Origin: a virus
Length of the DNA stretch: 64,000 nt
IMG/VR virus record: IMGVR_UViG_3300043177_000268
Coordinates: 59,478-123,477 of that record
Direction: 5' to 3' (one strand)
In this document: positions 27,913-37,428 of the stretch, one piece after another
Position numbering within the stretch: the stretch's first letter is position 1
Layout of the letters: each line of letters opens with the position of its first letter
The notes under the pieces: model-generated
The model's input: only the letters and a program-made list of their open reading frames with translations
What the model was told of the DNA's origin: nothing
The model's database searches: none
Program-made: the position numbers and the translations under genes

Positions 27913-29546
27913 CCCATCATCATGCCAGGATGGGCGGTAGATGATTTATTCTCTTCACTCTCGTCTATGGCTACCACCGCCTCTGTAGTAAGAATTAGCG
28001 AACTCACACTGGCTGCATTTTGAAGCGCAACCCTTGTTACCTGAGCCGGGTCGATAATCCCCGCCTGCAGCATATCTCTGTATTCATGAGTAGCTGCATC
28101 GTATCCCCAAGTGCCAGTCAATTCAGATCTGACCTTGTTTAGGACTACCTCCTGCGACTTGCCCGCATTGGCAACAATCTGCATCAATGGAGCAGAACAC
28201 GCCTTGAGTATGATCTTAACTCCAATATCCTCTTCTGGGTCGCCTGTAGTGAAATTTTCGAGTGTTGCTGCTGCACGCACTAGAGCTACGCCTCCGCCCG
28301 GCACTATGCCCTCTTGTATCGCCGCCTTTGTAGCGGCAAGCGCATCCTCAAATCTATCCTTTCTTTCTTTCATTTCGATATCTGTAGCTGCGCCAACCTC
28401 GATAACGGCAATGCCGCCAATCAGCTTGGCCAAACGCTTGTTTAGCACATCGCGTGCGTGAAAGTCGGTTATGCGAGAGAGTTCTTGGCGGATTTGAGCT
28501 GCGCGTTGCTGAATAGCGTCCTCGGCACCGCTCTTTCCCACCACCACGGTCTTCTCCCTTGTAATAATAATGCGCTCAGCCGTTCCTAGATCGGAGAGCT
28601 GCGTTTCGATTAGGCGAGATTCAATACCGAGCTCTTTGATTTGAGCACCAGTGAGAATCGCCAAATCCTCCATCATTTCCTTTTTTGCGTCTCCGAAACC
28701 AGGGGCTTTTACTGCAGCGCAGACAAGAGAGTTGCGCAGAGAATTGACTACCATAGTACCGAGAACTTCACCCTCAATAGAGTCTGCTATCACGACCAGC
28801 GGTACCTTGTGCTTGCTGCAGTGCTGGAATAGTGGAAGCATCTCCTCCATATCGGCTGCGCTGGTAAGCTTGCTATTTACCAGCCAGATTAACGGCTTTT
28901 CAAAAACGACCCTTTGGCGCTCCTTATCATTACAGAAGTGTGGTGAAAGGAATCCGCGGTCAAATTCAAAACCTTCGGCAGCACGAACTGTAGACTCAAA
29001 ACCCTTGCCTTCCTCCAGAGTGATTACTCCATCCTTACCCACAACTTCCATAGCCGAGGCTATCATCTTGCCGATCGAGGTGTCGCCGTTGGCGGAAATG
29101 GTTGCTACTTGCTCCACCTCTTTAATATCCTCAACTTGCTTACTTAGTTTTTTAATCTCAGCCACAACCGCCTCTGCGGCCTTGTCAATGCCGCGCTTGA
29201 TTGGCATTGGGTCGTGACGAGCCACTATGAGGCGCAGACCTTCAGCCACTATAGCGTCAGCCAAAACCGTTGCTGTGGTAGTCCCGTCACCGGCTAAATC
29301 CGCAGTACGCGACGCCACCTCTTTCACCATTTGGGCGCCCATATTGGCAAATGGATCTTTAACTACAATCTCTCTAGCCACCGACACGCCATCCTTGGTG
29401 ATATGTGGAGGTAATCCACGGCGCTGCAGGACTACGTTTCTGCCACGTGGGCCCAGCGTACAGGCCACTGCCTTTGCTAAGGTCCTTACTCCGCTAGCTA
29501 TTTTATCTCTGGAATTTTGACCAAATTCAATTATTTTAGAATCCAT
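27909..29546 (-). CDS. groEL: group I chaperonin GroEL
   Basis: TLGPRGRNV, GDGTTTATVLA, KAPGFGD, GIVPGGG, GM-rich tail. Confidence 0.97.
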   Translation of the reverse strand: MDSKIIEFGQNSRDKIASGVRTLAKAVACTLGPRGRNVVLQRRGLPPHITKDGVSVAREIVVKDPFANMGAQMVKEVASRTADLAGDGTTTATVLADAIVAEGLRLIVARHDPMPIKRGIDKAAEAVVAEIKKLSKQVEDIKEVEQVATISANGDTSIGKMIASAMEVVGKDGVITLEEGKGFESTVRAAEGFEFDRGFLSPHFCNDKERQRVVFEKPLIWLVNSKLTSAADMEEMLPLFQHCSKHKVPLVVIADSIEGEVLGTMVVNSLRNSLVCAAVKAPGFGDAKKEMMEDLAILTGAQIKELGIESRLIETQLSDLGTAERIIITREKTVVVGKSGAEDAIQQRAAQIRQELSRITDFHARDVLNKRLAKLIGGIAVIEVGAATDIEMKERKDRFEDALAATKAAIQEGIVPGGGVALVRAAATLENFTTGDPEEDIGVKIILKACSAPLMQIVANAGKSQEVVLNKVRSELTGTWGYDAATHEYRDMLQAGIIDPAQVTRVALQNAASVSSLILTTEAVVAIDESEENKSSTAHPGMMMG

Positions 29547-29562
29547 ACTGCTTTTCTCCTAA

Positions 29563-29994
29563 TTATATGTCGTTAAGTTTCTTGCCTAATTTTGACAGGT
29601 ATTTGTTATAAAGCCCCTCGTATATGTGCTGATACGGCGACGCTAGTATTTGTACATCGTCTTCCGCAGTAAGCGTAGATCCAACCCGCATACGAATTTT
29701 TGCACTATCCTCTTCACGCGAAAGAAGCATTTCAATAGATGAAAGTCCGTGATGGCGTTGCGCGTATGCGGCTAAACCATCTAATGTATCTTGGGAAAAC
29801 TCCAGAATGGCAGGAGCATTGTCTTCATCCGAAAGAAGGACGATGGTGGCATAGTGAATCTTTTCTGCGCGATCCGGCGCAGAAACTAGACCGTCTTTGC
29901 TAGCTGGAATTGCTATAGGAGGAAATGGGAATTTAACCCCATGAACCCGCTCAGATGTCAGTAGTTGATTTAGGATCCGAATCTTCATTCTCAT
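29563..29994 (-). CDS. hypothetical protein
   Basis: ORF directly upstream of groEL; not recognisably GroES. Confidence 0.55.
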   Translation of the reverse strand: MRMKIRILNQLLTSERVHGVKFPFPPIAIPASKDGLVSAPDRAEKIHYATIVLLSDEDNAPAILEFSQDTLDGLAAYAQRHHGLSSIEMLLSREEDSAKIRMRVGSTLTAEDDVQILASPYQHIYEGLYNKYLSKLGKKLNDI

Positions 29995-30292
29995 TTACCT
30001 GCGGTTCTGCTGATGCTGTGGGGAAGTCTTGCACATCGTCATATATACCCACCTCGCGCGTCGAACCTTTGAGATGCGGCGGTGCTTCGACTGATTTGAG
30101 TATATTAAATACAGATGAGAATGTGATATTGTTTCTGTGTTCGGCGGGGACTGATTTCTTAGCCTTTTTTAGATGCCGCCTTACGCGATCTCGTAACATT
30201 TTTCTATTTCCAGACATTAGAAGATCCTCATATGTTTGCGAAGCTCTGCCTTGCAGCACTTGGCAAAAGTGAGATTTGAGCTGCACAGGCAT
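29951..30292 (-). CDS. hypothetical protein
   Basis: Basic N-terminal and acidic C-terminal parts; true start is probably MSGNRK. Confidence 0.5.
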   Translation of the reverse strand: MPVQLKSHFCQVLQGRASQTYEDLLMSGNRKMLRDRVRRHLKKAKKSVPAEHRNNITFSSVFNILKSVEAPPHLKGSTREVGIYDDVQDFPTASAEPQVNENEDSDPKSTTDI

Positions 30293-30732
30293 AGCCCGTC
30301 ATCTTTTATGTTGGACAGCTGATTTCTAAACATACTCTGACCAATTGTATGCTGATGCTCGTGCTGCGCGACGATGGCGGGAAGGCCGGTAAGCCTTATA
30401 CCTTGAGGATTCAAGTCGTCTACTATAACTGCAGTATTGTATCTTAGGGTGCGTATGGACTGACCGGGATACGACAGACACCCCTCTGCAGTAAAGATAA
30501 GCGGCTCAGACAGGTGGGTGATGCGCGCATTTATGAAGTTATAACTGTGCTTTGCAGAAATGCGTATTATGAATGCTTGCTTTACTACACCAATCTGGCA
30601 TGCTGCCAGACCAATTCCCTGTACCTCCGACATTCGAAGCTCATTTTCGAGCCTAGTCAGAAGTTCAGCGGCTTCCCCCGGCAAGACCGGAGTGGACGGA
30701 ATTAGGAGAGTATCCTCATCGGTAACGATCAT
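30217..30732 (-). CDS. def: peptide deformylase with C-terminal SEC-C-like motif
   Basis: GIGLAACQIG, EGCLS, QHEHQH; tail CLCSSNLTFAKCC. Start moved to ATG 30732 (ATGA overlap). Confidence 0.88.
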   Translation of the reverse strand: MIVTDEDTLLIPSTPVLPGEAAELLTRLENELRMSEVQGIGLAACQIGVVKQAFIIRISAKHSYNFINARITHLSEPLIFTAEGCLSYPGQSIRTLRYNTAVIVDDLNPQGIRLTGLPAIVAQHEHQHTIGQSMFRNQLSNIKDDGLCLCSSNLTFAKCCKAELRKHMRIF

Positions 30733-31052
30733 ACGGAAAAGCTCTTCCCGCAGGAGCAGGAGGGTTTGGTATCTGGGAATATAAACACAAACCGGCTCTC
30801 CGTCAAGGAAGTTTTCCAATCAAGCGTGGCTCCGTTGAGGAGTGTTGCGCTCTTTTTATCAATTAGTATTTTGAATTTCTCGCAATCAATGATGTGATCC
30901 CCAACAGATTCGGTAGCTGATAATTCGATAAACTGCTCAAAACCCTTGCAGCCTCCGCTGCGCAGTCCGACCCGGATGGCGCAACTCCCATCGCGGGTGG
31001 CGACAAGTTCGCTCATTTTTTGTTTGGCGCTGTCCGAGAGTGCGATTGGCAT
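30729..31052 (-). CDS. iscA: IscA/HesB A-type Fe-S carrier
   Basis: GGCKG, GATLDW, CSCGKSF. Confidence 0.9.
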   Translation of the reverse strand: MPIALSDSAKQKMSELVATRDGSCAIRVGLRSGGCKGFEQFIELSATESVGDHIIDCEKFKILIDKKSATLLNGATLDWKTSLTESRFVFIFPDTKPSCSCGKSFSV

Positions 31053-31107
31053 GCGGTCCCCGTGGTATGTAATTGCTGCGGCCGGCTAGACGTGCGGTTT
31101 TTATTTG

Positions 31108-31506
31108 TTATTCTGAGAATGATGAGCCGCAAGCGCAGTGGCGGCGATCTGCAGAGCCTCCGGAAAATTTAAATCCTTCTTGCAGATCAGAGGTGATATA
31201 ATCTAACTCTACGCCCTGCATGTACATGGCGGAAAATGAGTCCATAGCAATGCGAATACTGCGTTCGCCGGACGAGAACTCCTCTATCAAATCTTCATCT
31301 GGATCTAAGTCATTATCAAAGGCGAGTTCGTTTTGGAAGCCGGAACATCCCCCTCCCTTTACTGAGGCGCGTATAAAATAATCATCACTTAATTCATCTC
31401 CATTTTTAGCTGCGATGAGACGCTCAATTGCGGCAGTTGTCAGTTTTAGCGGAAATGTCATATCATACCTCATAAATATAAGAGATGCGCTGAACCCATT
31501 CGTCAT
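31108..31506 (-). CDS. second IscA/ErpA/HesB A-type Fe-S carrier
   Basis: GGGCSGF, GVELDY, CACGSSF. Confidence 0.9.
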   Translation of the reverse strand: MTNGFSASLIFMRYDMTFPLKLTTAAIERLIAAKNGDELSDDYFIRASVKGGGCSGFQNELAFDNDLDPDEDLIEEFSSGERSIRIAMDSFSAMYMQGVELDYITSDLQEGFKFSGGSADRRHCACGSSFSE

Positions 31507-31645
31507 CTTCGTAGTTAGAGTGGGTGTATATCTTAATTTCGGATGGTGTTAAAGGGCGTTTGAAGCCGCACTTCCAACAGTGCAGCAGTTTATTTTCCAG
31601 TATATCCCTTTCATCCAGATCTTCCTTACAGAATTGGCAATTCAT
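31463..31645 (-). CDS. small zinc-ribbon protein
   Basis: CQFC...CWKCG. Confidence 0.55.
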   Translation of the reverse strand: MNCQFCKEDLDERDILENKLLHCWKCGFKRPLTPSEIKIYTHSNYEDDEWVQRISYIYEV

Positions 31646-31659
31646 AATTATCTATATTT

Positions 31660-32763
31660 TTATGCTAACATACTATTGACGTATTTGGCAATTGAAAAGG
31701 CACATGTCAGCCCGGGGCTTTCAATCCCGACCAATGAAACCATCTTGCGATCACCGTCGCAAGACTCGTCTTCAATGATAAAATCAGACTTAAAACCGCC
31801 GCTATTGATCTTTGGTCTAATTCCAGTGTAATCTGGATATATATCTTCGGGGGCCAGATCGACATCTAAGTATTTATTTATGTCGGTGAGAAATTCCGCC
31901 TTGCGCGATTCATCTATGCTATAATCTACATTTTTGACTGGATATGCGTTGGGGCCAAATCCGATGGAGCCATCCATGTAGTTTCTAGTATGTATGCCTA
32001 GCGATAGCTGATCTGCTGGCGGCACCGCATATACGAGATGCTTTAGATCTCTTATTTTATTTGTTTTGTAGTATTCTCCTTTATAGAAGTACAGCTTATA
32101 TTTATATATGCCAGATAGGGCCGCTATTCTGTCTGCAAAGAGGCCTGCGGCATTGATAATACAGTCTGTATTAATTACAAAATCATTGTCGTTGACCGAA
32201 ATCTCCCAGCGACTGCCGGCGGCATCTATAGCAGTGACTCGCGAATTATACGACAAAACTCCCTGGTTAGCAGTTATGTCTTGCTCCAGAGCGCGCATGA
32301 GTAGATGCGAGTCGAAATATCCGGTATCGGGTATAAATATACCCTCGCATGGTTTGAGTGGAATATTGTTTTGGATGTCTGATGAATTCCATCTGATACT
32401 TCGATATCCCAGCCCTATTTCATCGGCATTCTTTTTTAATGCATCAAGGGAGGATAATTCGTTTTCGGAATGTTGGGCAACAATAAGCTTTCCGGACTGC
32501 TTATGTGGCACGCCTTTTTCTTTCAAGTACTGATACATTAGCTCTTTGCCATCTAGGCAAAGTTGTGACTTCAGACTTCCAGGTGTATAGTAGATGCCGG
32601 AATGAATAACCTCGCTATTGCGACTACTAGTATGATATCCGAATCCAGCCTCTGTATCTAGCACTACAACAGAGTCGTGTATTTTAGATAATTCGGCAGC
32701 TATAGCTAGACCTAGTGCGCCCGCCCCAATAACTACAGGACCACACTCTACAATGTCGGTCAT
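31660..32763 (-). CDS. FAD-dependent oxidoreductase, L-2-hydroxyglutarate oxidase-like
   Basis: VIGAGALG, TSSRNSEVIHSGIYY, GIRPK, GIESPGLT. Confidence 0.85.
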   Translation of the reverse strand: MTDIVECGPVVIGAGALGLAIAAELSKIHDSVVVLDTEAGFGYHTSSRNSEVIHSGIYYTPGSLKSQLCLDGKELMYQYLKEKGVPHKQSGKLIVAQHSENELSSLDALKKNADEIGLGYRSIRWNSSDIQNNIPLKPCEGIFIPDTGYFDSHLLMRALEQDITANQGVLSYNSRVTAIDAAGSRWEISVNDNDFVINTDCIINAAGLFADRIAALSGIYKYKLYFYKGEYYKTNKIRDLKHLVYAVPPADQLSLGIHTRNYMDGSIGFGPNAYPVKNVDYSIDESRKAEFLTDINKYLDVDLAPEDIYPDYTGIRPKINSGGFKSDFIIEDESCDGDRKMVSLVGIESPGLTCAFSIAKYVNSMLA

Positions 32764-33611
32764 AGGGACATTACTTGATCTCTTAGGGATGGAATTCTGA
32801 GTTTAGCGAGAAGCGACTTCTCAGTAGCAAGCGTTCTATCCACCGCCTCTTGAGCTGGAGTTGGGGAAATTGTAAGTTTTAGATCATACCTATCATTAAT
32901 AAGATGTAGCAGCTGTTCTTTGGTTACGGAGTCCGAGTGTACGTGGAATAATCCGGTCTCGTACAGTTCCCCTTCTATAATCTGCGAGCAGATGTCGGCA
33001 TATTGCTGGCAGGTGATGCCATTCCACAGATGGTTTGTAAATCCGCGCACCTCCCTACCCGCTTGGCTTTGCGCCCACGCAATCAAAGACGCCTGCTTGT
33101 GAATCTCTGGTCCGATAATTGAGGTGCGGATTACCATAGCATCGCTATACGGCTCCCCCAGACTTTTGCTCTTACCATAATCATCAAGCGCATCGTGAGG
33201 CGAAGACTCTGTGTAGGCACCAGTCGCTCCGGAGAATACACAATCTGTGGTGATATGAATCATCTTGATTCCAAAAGATTTTAGCGTTTCTGCCCAAATA
33301 TGAGGTAGTAGAGAGTTGATTAATATACTCTCCTTCTTGTTTTTAGCCATAAATGGTTTGATGGTTCCGATACAGTTTATTACATAGTCTGGATTTTTGG
33401 GAAACATCTCAAGCACTTCTCTAATATCCGAGGCCGCATCTAGAGTCTTCTCTGTTGGATCAAATTTTATCCAGTTACTTCTCCTACCGTACACTAGTGA
33501 TAGATCCCTAGTAGTGAGGAATGTGTCGTACTTATCTGGATGGGCTTGGAAAAACTTCCCAACAGCGTTGCCCAGCATACCTGTTCCACCTAGAATTAAG
33601 ACCGTCTTCAT
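32760..33611 (-). CDS. rmlD: dTDP-4-dehydrorhamnose reductase-like SDR
   Basis: GGTGMLG, IHITTDCVFSG, YGKSKSLGE. Confidence 0.82.
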   Translation of the reverse strand: MKTVLILGGTGMLGNAVGKFFQAHPDKYDTFLTTRDLSLVYGRRSNWIKFDPTEKTLDAASDIREVLEMFPKNPDYVINCIGTIKPFMAKNKKESILINSLLPHIWAETLKSFGIKMIHITTDCVFSGATGAYTESSPHDALDDYGKSKSLGEPYSDAMVIRTSIIGPEIHKQASLIAWAQSQAGREVRGFTNHLWNGITCQQYADICSQIIEGELYETGLFHVHSDSVTKEQLLHLINDRYDLKLTISPTPAQEAVDRTLATEKSLLAKLRIPSLRDQVMSL

Positions 33612-34078
33612 TACCTCACCTCAATGTCAAATGTGCCGTCGGTTGCTTCAAACGGAAATCTATAGTCGTCTTGCGCACTCTCAGCAAGAGTGGATGTTGA
33701 GTAGAAAATAAGTATCGTGCCTGGCTCCAACATCCTGAATCCATTTGCCATGCCGGCCGGTATGTGTAGCACCTTGGGCTGTAGAGCGGATAGGACGAAG
33801 GTCTGCGGCGGAAAGGCGCCCCGTGCTGGATCTATGGAGGGAACCTCAACATCGTCCCACCCCATCTTAATGGCCGCAATTATGGCCGAGCCCCGGGCAC
33901 AATACACATACTTATGCTCTAGCAGATGTCCGTGCCAAGCACGGATCTCACAGAGTGGGTTATTCTCTACCTGATACATGCGCTTAATGCCTGCTGCCGT
34001 GAAGTCAAAATCATTCACGAAGCGCAGATTGCCTCGATTATCGCATGCCAACCCACCACCTATCAATCTTGCCGTCAT
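33611..34078 (-). CDS. rmlC: dTDP-4-dehydrorhamnose 3,5-epimerase-like cupin
   Basis: DNRG, RAWHGH, LHIPAGMANGF. Confidence 0.8.
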   Translation of the reverse strand: MTARLIGGGLACDNRGNLRFVNDFDFTAAGIKRMYQVENNPLCEIRAWHGHLLEHKYVYCARGSAIIAAIKMGWDDVEVPSIDPARGAFPPQTFVLSALQPKVLHIPAGMANGFRMLEPGTILIFYSTSTLAESAQDDYRFPFEATDGTFDIEVR

Positions 34079-35016
34079 TAAAATGCCCCCAGCTGCTTCA
34101 TATACGCCGCATTGGAATATATTGGATCTGATGTATTTTTTACTCTATTTTCAATAATTAGCTTATTCACTTCCATAACTCCATCGGCCAATTTTAGAGA
34201 TGCGCTCCACCCAAATTTAGAGAATTTGCTATTATCAACCTTATAATTACGCTGATCTTCAAATGACAGATCGGAAAGTATAACGGATGACCCGGGAATA
34301 AGCGAGCTAATTTCCTCTGCCATGTCCGACAGTCTGTAGTTGGCGTGTGATAAGTTATACAGCCCCGATATCTCATTCTGTAGTGCAAATGCGGTTGCGT
34401 GCGCCACATCCCTTACATGTAGTAGGGGCCTCCACTGTTCTCCTCCGAAAACAGTCAATGGCTCTCCGCGAGACGCCTTAATTGTCAGAACATTGGCGAC
34501 AAGATCGACTCTGATACGTGAATGTGCATCTCCTGTCCCAAACAGCGTTCCTAAACGCCATACTAACGCGTCGGGGCGCTTAGCCAGCAAATATTTTTCT
34601 GCCTCTAGTTTTGTAACCGCATATACGGACAGAGGATTGGTCGGAGAATCTTCGTTAAGCATATCATCATTCTTTCCGTATACGCTGCAAGTTGATGTCC
34701 AAACAATCTTTCCACTGTAATTGTCAGCCAGCCATTTTACAGTTTCGGTGTTAATCTGTCGTGTAAGTTCGGGATTTACCGCGCAGGCTCCGTCACCCAC
34801 CAGCGCTGCAAGCCAAACTACACAATCATATTTAGGCAGTATTTGTATGAGCTTGCCGGTGTCGCGTATGTCGCCATAAATAAAGCTGACGGGTTTCATG
34901 AAGCGCGTTTCGTATAAGAGATTGTCGTAAATAGTTACGTCGTAACCTTTGGATATGAGATGGTCGGTCATGTAACCGCCCAAATATCCCGCTCCTCCAG
35001 CAATTAATATTTTCAT
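34078..35016 (-). CDS. NAD-dependent epimerase/dehydratase
   Basis: GGAGYLG, STCSVYG, YAVTK, GGEQWRPLLHVRD. Confidence 0.88.
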   Translation of the reverse strand: MKILIAGGAGYLGGYMTDHLISKGYDVTIYDNLLYETRFMKPVSFIYGDIRDTGKLIQILPKYDCVVWLAALVGDGACAVNPELTRQINTETVKWLADNYSGKIVWTSTCSVYGKNDDMLNEDSPTNPLSVYAVTKLEAEKYLLAKRPDALVWRLGTLFGTGDAHSRIRVDLVANVLTIKASRGEPLTVFGGEQWRPLLHVRDVAHATAFALQNEISGLYNLSHANYRLSDMAEEISSLIPGSSVILSDLSFEDQRNYKVDNSKFSKFGWSASLKLADGVMEVNKLIIENRVKNTSDPIYSNAAYMKQLGAF

Positions 35017-35057
35017 ATTACCTCATTTATAGGCTGCACTGCAAGTATATTAGTGCT

Positions 35058-35930
35058 CTAATCTAAAGACGATAGGATCTCCTCGAGATCGCGTATTGAT
35101 CCAATATTGTTAGTCTCTTGCCATTTATAAGCGCTATCTACAATATCCTCGTATTCTGATTCGGACATCTCCATAAGTCGTTTTGAAAGTGCGGTCGAAT
35201 CACCATCAAAGTCTCGATAGTCTATAAATAAATTTTTTGGAACATAATCCTCTATGTTAAAGCACCCGTAGTATACTGCTATTGTCTTAGATTTAAAGCA
35301 ATTAAAAATTCTTTCGGTAATAAAGTCATAGCTATGAAATGGATGGTATGTGCTTTCAAAACACAAGCAGAATTTGTATTCATTTATTTTTTTAAGGTTT
35401 TCATAATGAGAATGATAATATGGTATGCTACCAGCGTACATGCTGCCGCCCCAGGGCGTTCTGGAGAAAACGTGTTTTACTGGTAGGTCAAGTGACTGCA
35501 TTACGCGCTCGCGCATGAAATATATGTCACCTTCTCTGCCTGTATAATTTATTTTATTCAAACAAATTATACCGTTTATTTTTTTATTAAATTCAACAAA
35601 CTCATCTAAGCAAAAATATGAATTACATGCGGGTACACCGCGAATCAGATGCACCTGCACCGACGGCAGCTGTGCCCTAACTACATTCGCCATTTTAGAG
35701 CTATATGTTATATATGATTGATATTTAGATATAATATTGAGGTCCCAATTTTCAGGTATCTCAATGTGAGGCTCTGCAACAAGGAGATGCCTGTATTTGG
35801 GCGGAAGCATCATCCTGCTGCCCCACCTAGCATTGAATGCTACATTTTGATACTTCTCGCTCAAGTAGTACCACTCATCCCTGGCCAGCCTTACGTCTAA
35901 ATCCTGTATTTGCAAGTTTTTTTTGATCAT
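35058..35930 (-). CDS. GT10 fucosyltransferase-like glycosyltransferase
   Basis: YKFCLCFES...DFITERIFNCF...AVYYG resembles the alpha-1,3-fucosyltransferase motif. Confidence 0.75.
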   Translation of the reverse strand: MIKKNLQIQDLDVRLARDEWYYLSEKYQNVAFNARWGSRMMLPPKYRHLLVAEPHIEIPENWDLNIISKYQSYITYSSKMANVVRAQLPSVQVHLIRGVPACNSYFCLDEFVEFNKKINGIICLNKINYTGREGDIYFMRERVMQSLDLPVKHVFSRTPWGGSMYAGSIPYYHSHYENLKKINEYKFCLCFESTYHPFHSYDFITERIFNCFKSKTIAVYYGCFNIEDYVPKNLFIDYRDFDGDSTALSKRLMEMSESEYEDIVDSAYKWQETNNIGSIRDLEEILSSLD

Positions 35931-36658
35931 ATATCAGTCAATTCACCATACATTGGCCGAGCCCTGATTAGAGAAGCGTTGTCTATCTGCGATCTTTGAT
36001 TTACCTTCATATCATTAATTGGATTAACATCATTGTATACGTACATTATTCTATCTATAAACGCAGCCTTTTTGTTTCCGGCCATCTCTAACATAGGAAA
36101 CATAAAAGCAGCATCCCACGCAGTTTGAAAGTATGCCCCAGAGTCATCACGCAAATCTTTATCAGAAATGCGTGTCCAGAGTTTTCGTCTAAATGTACGA
36201 AGGTGGGAGGCTAACCATTCCCCACCACGCCTGTATTTAGATATATCTGGAATTCTATTTCCATATGGACCGTATTTACCACTAATTGGAATAAAAGTGC
36301 CGTACGTCATCCAGCAATCCCGATTATTATACTCTTCATTAAGATAAGACAGCACTGCTTCATCGCTAAGCTGGTCGTCTCCATCAACAGTAACAATTAT
36401 ATCATAATCTATATCACTTGTTATATTTATAGCATTTATTATATTATTGAGCGCGCCCAACCTGACTGTGTTGAATATGGTTTGACAACGCGGATCTGAT
36501 ATGGTTCTAAGGAAATCGGCAGTTGAATCAGAAGAATTGTCATCTATGATAATTAATCTAAAATTATCATAGTTCTGATTTAATATCGAATTAACACAGC
36601 CGGATATAAACTTCTCGGCATTAAAAACCGGGGTAATTATTGTAAAATAATTTTTCAT
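35927..36658 (-). CDS. GT2 glycosyltransferase
   Basis: IITPVFNAEKFI, IIDDNSSD, VDGDD. Confidence 0.88.
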   Translation of the reverse strand: MKNYFTIITPVFNAEKFISGCVNSILNQNYDNFRLIIIDDNSSDSTADFLRTISDPRCQTIFNTVRLGALNNIINAINITSDIDYDIIVTVDGDDQLSDEAVLSYLNEEYNNRDCWMTYGTFIPISGKYGPYGNRIPDISKYRRGGEWLASHLRTFRRKLWTRISDKDLRDDSGAYFQTAWDAAFMFPMLEMAGNKKAAFIDRIMYVYNDVNPINDMKVNQRSQIDNASLIRARPMYGELTDI

Positions 36659-37428
36659 ACTAGTGAATTTCTTCTGTTATTTATAGAAGGATGTCTTAGA
36701 GATGGATCATTATTAAAAAATTTCATTTGTGCAAAGTTATGCAGCGGCATCTGCGGTATCTTGCCAGATAAAATATCATTAAATAATTCTATTTTTAAGT
36801 ATGTCACTACAGTGCTGCATTTTATCAATCCGGTGGCTATCCAGGATTTTGTCATTGCGATCTCTATGCCGACCCCTCTACAGTGTAATTTTGAGTATGC
36901 ATGCATTGATATGAAGTCAGCTCTCTTTAGAATAGCGACTGGAAAGTTTAAAAAATAATCATCAACAATAGACACATCTTTTATAAAAAAGAGATCGTCG
37001 CCAATATTTATATACTTACTGCAATCACGACAGTAGTCTGCCGAATTGTCGGGAAGGTGTGTGTTAAAGCATATATAACCAATTCCTCTAGAAGAGAGGG
37101 TGTTGAGTGTTTTTTTGGATGGTATTTTGTTAATTATTATATCATCTTCAGAGTAGAAGATCCAGTCGGCATCAGTAGCGTGCAGGCCCCTCAGTTGATT
37201 TTCGGCCATCCCGCGTATTCCGCTAGCGGCGCCGGAAACTATGCGCCAGCCTAAATTAACAAACTTATCAAAATAACCTATATCACACCCATTGTTAAAT
37301 ATATCAACAGAAATTATTTTATCATCAAATAAATCGGTATTACATAGCTCTATAGAGTTAATCGTCGCATCTAGTAAAGCAAGTCTATCTTTAAGATTTG
37401 TAGTCAATACGATGGCTGCTACTTTCAT
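36655..37428 (-). CDS. putative GT-A fold glycosyltransferase
   Basis: IFYSEDD acidic motif and cluster context. Start moved to ATG 37428. Confidence 0.5.
   Translation of the reverse strand: MKVAAIVLTTNLKDRLALLDATINSIELCNTDLFDDKIISVDIFNNGCDIGYFDKFVNLGWRIVSGAASGIRGMAENQLRGLHATDADWIFYSEDDIIINKIPSKKTLNTLSSRGIGYICFNTHLPDNSADYCRDCSKYINIGDDLFFIKDVSIVDDYFLNFPVAILKRADFISMHAYSKLHCRGVGIEIAMTKSWIATGLIKCSTVVTYLKIELFNDILSGKIPQMPLHNFAQMKFFNNDPSLRHPSINNRRNSLV

Noticed and set aside
29563-29994. GroES co-chaperonin
   Set aside because: No PLxDRV or GxVxAVG motifs, and it is too long.
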